A stretch of DNA of 64,000 bases from an uncultured Bacteroidales bacterium. GTDB taxonomy: Bacteria; Bacteroidota; Bacteroidia; Bacteroidales; UBA10428. Each line of letters opens with the position of its first letter. The stretch's first letter is position 1. The notes beneath the pieces are model-generated. The model worked only from the letters and a program-made list of their open reading frames with translations. It did no database searches and was not told where the DNA came from. Position numbers and translations under genes: made by a program. The DNA lies in assembly GCA_963800645.1 (NCBI GenBank), contig CAWDBX010000011.1:139503-203502 (forward strand). Reading direction: 5' to 3'. Below are positions 29,811 to 39,374 of this stretch, in pieces.

Positions 29811-30468
29811 TTGAAGTTCTAAGAGAAGGCATTAATCAGGAAGTTGTACGGTTATTCTCATAAATGATTTTACGAAGATTTGGCGAGTAGAGATGAAGTC
29901 TAAATAAAAGCATATTCAAGAAGATGCGAAGATGTAAGTTGAAATAATGAATTGAATATATAAAAAAAGGCATATAATCAGGAATTGTAATGGTTATTAT
30001 CAGTAAATGGTCTATATCTTTTCGGTCTTATACCTTTTTTTTCCAGGCTCCTACTGTTCTTTTTTCGCTTCTCCGCTCTCCTTCATGTATCATATAAGAT
30101 TGTTCGTCAGCTACTCGCCAACTTTAAGGTTTGAATAATCAAATTGAAGATGATAACTTTTCGCATTTTTTTTAATACTTAGTATTTCCTGATAATATTT
30201 CATTTTTTGGTTTGCGATTTTGCACCTTTTCACACTTTGGCAGTAGCCATTTAATGGTAGAATAACCTAACAATGAATATACTAATAACCTTATTCAGAT
30301 TTAGAATTTTTGTAATTTTATATAATAGCAGACTGTAATCCATAAACTATCACTGGTAAAAAATGACGTTAATGAACTATTCAGGTTTAAAAGAAAAAGA
30401 AACAGTCCTTTATGGAGTTGAGAATTGACATTTTACAGTTTCTGCTTCCGCTTCTCCAAAGATGGAAT

Positions 30469-30693
30469 TTAAATCGCAGCAAACACTCTGACATAATCAA
30501 TTATAACAAAGATCAATAGCATTACTGAAGCCACGAGTCCCCACATAAGTACCTTTGGATAACCATTATTTACCAGAAATGGTAATACAAATCTGAATCC
30601 GATAAAAGCAAATGAACTTGGCAAAAGAAATGCCAATAAAATCCTGAATATTGATAATTGCTTACTGTTGCTCCATTCAAACAAGGGTTTCAT
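30469..30693 (-). pseudogene. Truncated membrane protein, probably the N-terminus of a CPBP-family cassette gene
   Basis: 74-aa two-TM ORF; its upstream leader is duplicated at ~29650 ahead of the CPBP remnant. Confidence 0.5.
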
Positions 30694-30741
30694 GTTTTTT
30701 TAATTTCTAATGAATCGATTTTTTACTGAAATTATTTACAT

Positions 30742-30872
30742 GGCAGCCAATGGTAGGCGTTATAGGCCAGTTAGGAACCACGGATGATTTCGATACTAAG
30801 AGAAGTTGTAGTGGTTAAAATAGTGCGAATACAGGTGAAACACCCTGATAGGCTATTCTGCAGGTTGTACAC
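30742..30872. repeat. attC-like hairpin site
   Basis: GCAGCCAAT..ATAGGCCAGTTAGG pairs with CCTGATAGGCTAT..GTTGTACAC, 9 nt from the channel stop codon. Confidence 0.7.
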
Positions 30873-30881
30873 TGGCCTTAT

Positions 30882-31733
30882 TTAGTTCTTTTTTAAACTT
30901 TTAATTTCATTATTTAAATCATCTAATCGGGTAATAATATGCTTATAAAGCTCATCTGTATTCTTATCTTTATACTTAATCTCATTAAGTTCCTGAGATA
31001 ATTCTTTTTGGCTTTCTTCCATGCTATTCATGATTACACCAATAAATAGATTCATGATAATCATGGCTCCAATTAATATAAAACTTGCAAAATACAAAAA
31101 AGGCCATAACGATACTATCTGCTGATTTTCATTATTTATGGGCCCAAAAATATGCACATTCATAATATCGGTCCAACCTTCGAGCGTTAACACTTTGAAG
31201 AGGGTAACAAAAGTATGGTGCAAATCACCAAAATGCATTGGGTCTGTCTTTCCAAAAACAAATACACCTACAATTGCATAGACATAAAAAAGTATTCCAA
31301 TAAGCATTATTACATAACCCATTGATGGAATGCTTTTAAGCAATGCACTGATTATTAACTTTAATTTAGGAAAAACAGTTATCATTCGAAAAATTCGCAA
31401 AACCCTTAATATTCGAAAAACAGCAAAATAGTGAGTATCGTTGAATGGAATAAGACAAATAGCTACAATTATGAAATCAAAAACATTCCATGGGTCTGAA
31501 AAATAAATCCATGGTCGTTTGCCATTTGCAATTATTTTTAAGGCTATTTCAATAGTAAAACAGGTGATAATAAACTTGTCGATTGAAGACAGAACAACCT
31601 GATATTTTTTTGCCAGTCCGGGATATGTTTCTAACCCGATAATAACTGCAGATAGAAGGATAAGTGAAAAAAGAAAATAATTAAAGAATCTGCTATTTAC
31701 TATCTTTTTGACTATTTCTGAAAACCTGTTCAT
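30882..31733 (-). CDS. Bacterial voltage-gated sodium channel (BacNav-type ion transporter)
   Basis: WNVFDFIIV (S3), RILRVLRIFR (S4), TLEGW filter, NLFIGVI (S6), coiled-coil tail. Confidence 0.9.
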   Translation of the reverse strand: MNRFSEIVKKIVNSRFFNYFLFSLILLSAVIIGLETYPGLAKKYQVVLSSIDKFIITCFTIEIALKIIANGKRPWIYFSDPWNVFDFIIVAICLIPFNDTHYFAVFRILRVLRIFRMITVFPKLKLIISALLKSIPSMGYVIMLIGILFYVYAIVGVFVFGKTDPMHFGDLHHTFVTLFKVLTLEGWTDIMNVHIFGPINNENQQIVSLWPFLYFASFILIGAMIIMNLFIGVIMNSMEESQKELSQELNEIKYKDKNTDELYKHIITRLDDLNNEIKSLKKN

Positions 31734-32363
31734 GATTTTTTAATTTTTGAAAACATAATTTTCAGCATGGGCAACGAAGCAATAACAATAAAAATGAATA
31801 AAATATAAATTGAATATTTCATAACATCCGGATATGCTTTTCCAACATAGTAGCCTAAAGGCACCAATGTACAAACCCAGGTTATTGCGCCGAAAAGATT
31901 AAACAACAAGAACTTTTTAAATTTAAAATCAGTTGCCCCCGCAATCATTGGCACCAAAGTACGGATAACAGGCATAAAGCGACCTAAAATGAATGCCCAC
32001 ATTCCAAAACGGGTGTAAAAACTGCTTCCACGTTCAAGGTATTCTTTTTTAAAGAACCGGGACTTATTATCGGTAAACAGTTTTTCGCCTAACCATTTTC
32101 CTTTAAAATACCCGGTAAAATCACCCATAAACGATGCTATAACTAATAATATCAGAAGCAACGGCCAATGGCAATTCCAAATAATGGGTTCCACAGAACA
32201 TACCGGCTGCAAACAGTAAATAATCGCCGCCCGGCAAAACAAATCCAAGAAAAAACCCTGTTTCAATATAAACAATTGCCAAAATAAGAATCAAACCTCC
32301 ATATTCGATAATGTGATGGGCATCAAAAATAAATTTCCCAAAATTGCTTTCCAATAAAATCAT
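31730..32363 (-). CDS. DedA family protein (one indel)
   Basis: YIETGFFLGFVLPGGDYLLFAAG and GRFMPVIRTLVPMIAG in two frames. Confidence 0.88.
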
Positions 32364-32742
32364 ATCCTGCTTTATTTGTTTTTAAATTTAAATGAAATGA
32401 AAATGTTTCCCGAAATTATTGTGGCGATAAAAAAAGTGACCATTCGATGGGTATTTTATAAAAATCAATCAGAATCATTTTAATGCCGACAAAACCACCT
32501 GCTTCCCTTTTGATAAAATCTTCTGAGAAAAAGGCGATTTACTCAAACAACTGAATAGTTTTTTTCATAACTTAACGTGAAAAGGCATCTTAAATTTACC
32601 TCGACAACATAGAAAAATCAACTGATAATTATTCATGCAGTAAAAGAAAGAAGGGGATTTTATTGAAATTATTTAAAACAGCCTATTAATAATCAACCTA
32701 TTATTTTCCCAGGACACTATTTCTAACCAAAAACAACAAAGT

Positions 32743-33679
32743 ATGAAAACAAAAATTGCTTTGCTCTTGTCAGTAATTTTACTTACACTTTTTTCATGTA
32801 CGGAAAATAATCCGGAAGTACTCCTTCCTGTGGATGATAGTCCTATTTTCATGGATATCTCATCCTATTACAGCCCTGCGAATCTCAAGTCAACATTAAC
32901 TGGTGGGTTACCTGATAACATTGCTGTTCTCAAGGCCGAATACCTTACAACTGCTGAATCAGGTAAGATTGGACGTACCGTTTATTTTGTCAATGTAGGC
33001 AATAAGCAGCTCGATGCAGATTTTGTACCAGATCTTTCACTGGATGGTACTACTGATGTATCCTATTATATTGATGAAAACAGACCTTCATTGGACCTTC
33101 CCCTGGCATTGTCATCAGGTGCAATACAACAAGCCATGGAAACCTGGGATGGAATAACTTGCTCAGATTTAGGAATGTATCAGATTCCATATTCAAATGA
33201 AATAAATAGTGGGTTTATATCTTATTATATTCGGATATGGTGGGAGTCCTGACTATATTTCGGATGTAACTTTTTGTGGATGGATGCCTGCTGGTTTTTT
33301 CGACATCCTGGCTTCAGACGGAAGCACATATATTCTGGGTGTTACATTCACCCTTATATTCGTTGACGATGACGGAACGCCAACCGATTACGATAATAAC
33401 AAAAAGTATGATGTAGCCTGGCGCGAAATATACTTTAATGATAATTTTCTATGGAGAAATGGAGCGACTTATGATATAGAAACCGTTGCCCTTCACGAAG
33501 CCGGTCATGGCCTTAGCCAGGGCCACTTTGGAAAAGCCTTCCGCGATGCAGGTACAGGTTATTTGCATTTTAGCCCGCGTGCAGTTATGAATGCTGCTTA
33601 TTCAGGTATTCAGACAGAGATTACAAAAACGGACGAAGCCGGACATTGCAGTATTTGGGCAGATTGGCCTATACATTAA
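32743..33679 (+). CDS. Metzincin/matrixin-like metalloprotease lipoprotein (one indel)
   Basis: Lipobox LFSC; DIETVALHEAGHGLSQGH and Met-turn AVMNA. Confidence 0.8.
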
Positions 33680-33859
33680 ATTTTTCAAGCATACCAGTAC
33701 ATCCGGTTTTCCAAATACGAACTTTAATGGCACAAGTTTTTTGTGCCATTTTTTTCATATTTATTTTGACAATTGATTTATCAACAAAAATTGTTGGTTA
33801 TACCCTATTTAAACTCTTCCATTCCAAATTATCCTTTTGAGTATCACTCGTTCGAAATT

Positions 33860-34164
33860 ACTGCCAACGTTCGCGTGTATGCCGATCCAATTGTTTATTT
33901 CTTACCATTTTAAACGTTTCAATCGCAAGAGTACTTAAACTAAGGAGATCCAATGTAAATTTCATTAGGCATTATACCGGGAATCAGTATATTTTCTCCG
34001 GAATAAAGTGATTGCAAAAAGGTGTCACCTTTTAGGACGATCTTCTTTCAAATGCACTTACTTATCAAGGTACACCCGGGTAACCAAAAGTGATGACCCA
34101 AGCAAATCCTCTGCCAGCAACCTGCCTGCCGGCAGGCAGGTGGGTTATACATACTGTTAGTGAC
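33860..34164. repeat. Long attC-like site containing a 20-bp palindrome insertion
   Basis: ACTGCCAACGTTCGCGTGTATGCC ... GGGTTATACATACTGTTAGTGAC. Confidence 0.7.
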
Positions 34165-34174
34165 TTGCAGATTT

Positions 34175-34966
34175 TCAATTTATTAGCTTTAATTCTCTTA
34201 AAATATCTTTGGTTATCTCGTATCGCGCCTGACTCAACTTGTTAAAATCATTTGTCTTAAAATTCATGGCATAAAAATACGGTTTATCGCCTTTCTCCAG
34301 GTATCCAACTAACCACATGATGTAATCAGTCTCAGTCAACATTCCACCACCAGTTTTACCACTTAGTTTGAATGTGTCAGATTGCTCAAGCACTATCATT
34401 TTTTTTATTATGTCAACGGATTTTCTTGCTACGGGCAACTCGTAATGATAAAATCTTCTCAAAAAATCGACCTGTTGATTAGCGCTTATTCTAAATAATC
34501 CGGCTAACCAAAATCGTGAAGGAGGTCCAGTTAAGTTTTTATTCCCGTAATCAAATGCTTTTACATATTCGTAATATTTATCAATTCCAATTTGTTCTGC
34601 AAATCCTACAAATGCCCAAACGCACGAATTATTTATGGCTGTTCTTAATGTCTGATCTTGATTCCAGGTGCCATTTGGCCATTCGTGGCCATCCCATTTA
34701 ATGATCTGATTAGTATCTTTGATAATACCTTCTTCCAATGCTATCAATGAATTAGGAATTTTAAAAGTTGAAGCAGGAATGTATCCGGAATCGCATATAC
34801 TTGTATTATATTTCACAAATTCATTGTCTGATTGGTTGAATAATACAAAGCAACCCTCAACGCCATATCTGGCAAATTGTGATTTGAAATCCTTCTCTAT
34901 CACTCTTTGAGAGAATCCTATCTGAGAAATCAATACACCTGTAATGATGTGAAAAATCTGTTTCAT
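34175..34966 (-). CDS. Class D (OXA-type) beta-lactamase family protein
   Basis: PASTFK (SxxK), SCV (SxV), YGN, FWL and GKTG motifs with a signal peptide. Confidence 0.9.
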   Translation of the reverse strand: MKQIFHIITGVLISQIGFSQRVIEKDFKSQFARYGVEGCFVLFNQSDNEFVKYNTSICDSGYIPASTFKIPNSLIALEEGIIKDTNQIIKWDGHEWPNGTWNQDQTLRTAINNSCVWAFVGFAEQIGIDKYYEYVKAFDYGNKNLTGPPSRFWLAGLFRISANQQVDFLRRFYHYELPVARKSVDIIKKMIVLEQSDTFKLSGKTGGGMLTETDYIMWLVGYLEKGDKPYFYAMNFKTNDFNKLSQARYEITKDILRELKLIN

Positions 34967-35003
34967 TGTTGTTATCTGGTTGTAGGTGTTTTTTTTACAG
35001 CTT

Positions 35004-35135
35004 GTCACTATGTTTTCGCATGTGGCCAGTAAGGGATTGTGCGCTTTTTGCCTATCAAAACACCCGGAAATTGATTCGGGTGATGACCTACGAATACTTC
35101 TGAAATCTTTATTGGCTATACCGCTTGTTAGCTGT
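35004..35135. repeat. attC-like hairpin site
   Basis: TGTGGCCAGTAAGGGA pairs with TCTTTATTGGCTATA; ends GTTAGCTGT 11 nt from a stop codon. Confidence 0.72.
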
Positions 35136-35146
35136 AGCCCATTTTA

Positions 35147-35893
35147 TTAATAATTCAATTCTTTTCCTTTTAAATATGCGATTTCAAGATATTTTTTCCT
35201 TGTCTCAGGACTAACTGATAAAATCGAATGAAAATAAACATGGTCAACTTGTCCAATGCCCGGGTATTTCAGTCCCCAGTCGTCAATTAATTTTTCCATG
35301 GCATCTTTAAAACCTTTTTCCCTGTACACTTTTTCGTTAAAAAAAGCAGGATGCATGATAACCGCTTTTTTAATTTTAAGCAGAGGTATCCGCCCGTCAG
35401 GATCTCCCCGCCAGCCCTTGTCATTCAGCTTGTAGGCGAATCCATAAGTCAGGACTCTTTCCATCCAGCCTTTCAGCAACGCCGGAAAGTGCAGCCAGAA
35501 AACCTGCGTGATAAAAACCAGTACATCCGCTTCGGCCACTTTCTTTTGTTGCAATAAAACATCTTTTGGCTTTTGGGATTGGATCAGCTTGATGAGTTCA
35601 TCATCGGTTTTGTTTTTAATATACCATTTTGCAACGAGCCGCCTGACCGGTCCGCCGGCAAGTTTGATAATCGTGCCCCTCATGTCCATTTGCTGAAAAA
35701 TGTCTTTGGGAATATCTTTATCCACAAAGAATGCGAAATCCCTATCCTGAAAGACGGGGTTGAACTTTGTTTTGTACAAATCAACAATTTCATACTTATG
35801 TCCTGCTTCCTTAATGCCTCTTACAAAATTGTCAAGTACTGCTTTTGTAAAGGACAATGGATTCGGATGTGCGAAAATGATTAGTACTTTCAT
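35147..35893 (-). CDS. NAD(P)H-dependent oxidoreductase, flavodoxin-like fold
   Basis: IIFAHPNPLSFT, DLY..FNPV, FPALLKGWMERV. Confidence 0.9.
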   Translation of the reverse strand: MKVLIIFAHPNPLSFTKAVLDNFVRGIKEAGHKYEIVDLYKTKFNPVFQDRDFAFFVDKDIPKDIFQQMDMRGTIIKLAGGPVRRLVAKWYIKNKTDDELIKLIQSQKPKDVLLQQKKVAEADVLVFITQVFWLHFPALLKGWMERVLTYGFAYKLNDKGWRGDPDGRIPLLKIKKAVIMHPAFFNEKVYREKGFKDAMEKLIDDWGLKYPGIGQVDHVYFHSILSVSPETRKKYLEIAYLKGKELNY

Positions 35894-35904
35894 AGTTGTC
35901 ACTT

Positions 35905-36474
35905 TTAAAAGGTTATATATCTATTCACTCTTTTTATGTATTGTCTGTATTCTTCACCATATTGAGAACTTAAGAACTGCTCTTCCTTGATCATAATAAA
36001 ATGGTGGATGATCCATGTACCAATGAATGCCATGATATTTAAATAATGAGGATTGAAAAGACAGGACGAGAACAGGATGAATATAAATCCTAAATAGAAT
36101 GGATGCCGGCTTATCGAATAAATACCATTTGTCTGTAATTGGTGAGTTTCAGAAGAAGATAAACCGAAAACCAGATCTTTATTCAGCTTAATGGTAGAAA
36201 GAAATAGTATGACAGCTCCAATAATTAAAAAGACCAACGCAATTATGTCAATGAAATTACTGGGAACAAAAAGTCTCATAACAGTTACGTTTAGTCCTTT
36301 TAGAAGCAGAAATGTCAGGTTTATAAGTACCAGTGTTTTTGCGAGAAGAAAATAAAAAACTGGAACAGGGGGGCGTCCGAAAATTTGTTGTTTCTTGATG
36401 ATTGCTCTGCCAATAACGGCTGTTATCAACATAATTAACAACATTGAAATAATTAAAACCATTGTTGAAATCAT
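35905..36474 (-). CDS. Isoprenylcysteine carboxyl methyltransferase family membrane protein
   Basis: LQTNGIYSISRHPFYLG, EEQFL..YGEEY..Y..RV.RY. Confidence 0.88.
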   Translation of the reverse strand: MISTMVLIISMLLIMLITAVIGRAIIKKQQIFGRPPVPVFYFLLAKTLVLINLTFLLLKGLNVTVMRLFVPSNFIDIIALVFLIIGAVILFLSTIKLNKDLVFGLSSSETHQLQTNGIYSISRHPFYLGFIFILFSSCLFNPHYLNIMAFIGTWIIHHFIMIKEEQFLSSQYGEEYRQYIKRVNRYITF

Positions 36475-36545
36475 ATCGCTTTATTATTAATGTTTAACCT
36501 AAGTCATGTTCATTCTTCCTGAGTTACAGTGCTGGGTACAGTGCA

Positions 36546-37181
36546 TTATTCCTTTTTCATAACTACATAAGCCAATGGAAATCTACCTTCAATCTTCAAT
36601 GCTTTTTTAATAAGCAGGCCATTGTTTGTCAACATACTTTTAAAACTTTCTATACTCCACTTATTGACAATTCTAAATCCAAAAAAAACTCTGCCAACAA
36701 CATCAATAATCCTGCTTTTAATATTTTCTCCAACGCAAAATGTCGGGACTATAAAAACTCCACCATCTTTCATGACTCGCTTAGCCTCCTTTACAGGTTT
36801 CGCCGGATCATAAAGCAAGTGTAACAAGTTGGATGCTATTACTATATCGAAGCTTTTATCAGCGAAACTCAAATGATATGAATCTTGAATTTGAAAATCA
36901 ATATTCTTGATATTGGTTTCTTCTTGCTTTTGCTTTGCGATACGAATCATCTCTGGAGATAGATCTGTTGCAATAATCGATGATACTTTTGAGCAAATAG
37001 AAAAGGATATCATTCCAGTACCTGTTCCTATCTCAAGCACAATGTCATTTGCTTTAAGCTCCAAATCAATATTTTCAAGAATTGAGCTATAAGTTTTACA
37101 AAACATGTCATTTATGAAGGAATCATAATTGACTGCCAGTTTATCCCAAAGCTTCTTTTCCTTTTCCTGTCTATTATCCAT
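36546..37181 (-). CDS. Class I SAM-dependent methyltransferase
   Basis: VLEIGTGTG, DLSPEM, SFDIV. Confidence 0.9.
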   Translation of the reverse strand: MDNRQEKEKKLWDKLAVNYDSFINDMFCKTYSSILENIDLELKANDIVLEIGTGTGMISFSICSKVSSIIATDLSPEMIRIAKQKQEETNIKNIDFQIQDSYHLSFADKSFDIVIASNLLHLLYDPAKPVKEAKRVMKDGGVFIVPTFCVGENIKSRIIDVVGRVFFGFRIVNKWSIESFKSMLTNNGLLIKKALKIEGRFPLAYVVMKKE

Positions 37182-37214
37182 GTTACTAATGTATTTCTTG
37201 CAGTTTTTTTACAT

Positions 37215-37485
37215 TGTACCCAACGCCCGCGTGTAAATGCCGTTGCGCCTGCCTGCCTGCCGGCAGGTTGCCAATGTGATTACTTACCTGGATACACCCA
37301 GGCAACCAGGAGAACTGACCAACGTAACCGACTGAAGGGAGCTCGTGTAGCGAAGCGGAGTACCTGAAAAAGTCACTATGAATGAAAAAAATCGGACTCG
37401 CCCTTGTCCCCGCCGCTGGCGGGGCCGTTCGTGGACAACCTCCCCGCATGGCTGGCTTTGAATAAATTTGGTGCTTGTTATCGGG
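37215..37485. repeat. First (array-proximal) attC-like site, with palindrome insertions
   Basis: TGTACCCAACGCCCGCGTGTA.. left arm like 33860; internal TGACC motif; candidate right end GTTATCGGG. Confidence 0.6.
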
Positions 37486-38114
37486 GCTCATCCGGTTACT
37501 TTAAAAATCATTCACAACATACAAATAATCAGCATTTACCTAAAGAAGCACCTTTCTTAACATGATTCGATACTCCCCCTTGTGCTCAATTTTGCTGACA
37601 CTAACTTTTGATTTCATGACCAATTGCTTATTTCAATTCAAATGGGTGCGATAAACCCACCGCTATCCAATGACTTGATCATGAATGAATGGGTACATTT
37701 TTATAAACTTATTGCCACTGAACTTTTGAATGCCAGTTCTTTCATTAACTGCTATTACTTAAAAATAATTGAACAATCAAAAAATGTAATCTATCTGGGA
37801 GGAATTATGATCAGAGAATAAATAATAAAAGACGGCTTCGCCATGCTCACTCACAGCTAGTAAGAACCAATCATGCAAAAAAGCGATGCCATATCCTCTG
37901 TTTAAATAATCTGCATTCGGGCCACACGTTTTGCATCACCTAACTTCTGCTTTCCCTTATAAAAATAATAAAAAATCAGTTCGAAGTTTTTGCCGTCATG
38001 AAATAGTTAGCCCAATGTGAAAAACCGTTTGCTGGTTAAAAGATTTCCGGATGAATGCGGGTTGAAATGTTAACCAAAAACGAAATGTAAGGGCAGTTAA
38101 CGGGGATCGGACAT

Positions 38115-38537
<423 letters not shown>

Positions 38538-38568
38538 ATAAGCTGAAAACGTATTTTTCAAAGTCCGA

Positions 38569-38576
38569 CAAAAGTA
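38569..38576 (-). promoter_or_regulatory. Bacteroidota -7 element for tRNA-Ser
   Basis: TACTTTTG on the minus strand ~30 nt upstream of the tRNA. Confidence 0.6.
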
Positions 38577-38736
38577 TAAAATCTGATTGCAATAGCCAAA
38601 GAATCTGATCAAAATGTTTGTACGACCGCATAGGTTATGAATCCGAAGGTTTCCTGCATGTTCAAATTGACAGGCTTCATTTTTATAATCGCTATTGTCT
38701 ATCTTTGAACTTTATACATTTCTTGACCACAATATC

Positions 38737-39336
38737 ATGAGTGAATTTGATGCCCGTGCCCGGGAATGGGACAATGATCGGATGCACATGGACAGATCGG
38801 TTGCCATTGCTGCAATTCTCAAAAAGCGAATACCGGCTGACCGGTCTCTTTATGCGCTGGAATACGGTGCAGGTACAGGAATTTTAAGTTTCCTTTTGCG
38901 GGACATGTTCGCGGGAATTGTACTCATGGACAGTTCGAAGGAAATGATCAGGGTGTGTGAAGAAAAGGCCGCCTATTTTCAGACCGGCCATATAAAACCA
39001 TTGTGGTTCGACCTGGAGCATAACGATTATCACGGAAAATTCGATATGATATTCACCCAGATGGTATTGCATCACGTGAATAATGTGGACGCCATTTTAA
39101 ACAAGTTCTATCTCCTGTTAAATCCCGGAGGTGTTCTGGCCATTGCGGACCTGTGTCCGGAAGACGGATCATTCCATGGCCCTGATGCAAAGGTTCACTT
39201 AGGTTTTGATCCTGCTTTGCTGCTGGATAAACTTGTTCAGCTGGGATTCACTCATGGTGAATCCCAAATCTGTTTTAACGTAAAGCGCCCCACAGGACGG
39301 GATTATCCGGTATTTCTGCTGACTGCTGTAAAGTGA
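38737..39336 (+). CDS. Class I SAM-dependent methyltransferase
   Basis: FDARAREWD, LEYGAGTG, MVLHHV, EDGSFH. Confidence 0.88.
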   Translation: MSEFDARAREWDNDRMHMDRSVAIAAILKKRIPADRSLYALEYGAGTGILSFLLRDMFAGIVLMDSSKEMIRVCEEKAAYFQTGHIKPLWFDLEHNDYHGKFDMIFTQMVLHHVNNVDAILNKFYLLLNPGGVLAIADLCPEDGSFHGPDAKVHLGFDPALLLDKLVQLGFTHGESQICFNVKRPTGRDYPVFLLTAVK

Positions 39337-39374
39337 TTTGTCCGTCATGCATCGGTATGGTTCCACAGGGATAG

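Larger units (their letters stand above)
25431..37485 (-). mobile_element. Integron-like gene cassette array without an integrase in the window (CALIN-like)
   Basis: Co-oriented unrelated ORFs in AT-rich DNA separated by related AAC...GTT-bounded hairpins; three genes have complementary flanking core sites. Confidence 0.75.

Noticed and set aside
28035-33868. GTTAGCAGT (28035) and ACTGCCAAC (33860) as ends of one large cassette
   Set aside because: An 8/9 match, but 5.8 kb apart with several other sites between; may be chance given the shared core
26936-37491. Short ORFs over the attC-like sites (26936-27139, 27908-28153, 37186-37491)
   Set aside because: They coincide with hairpin sites and palindromes (e.g. 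LPAGR is the translated palindrome) and are probably not genes
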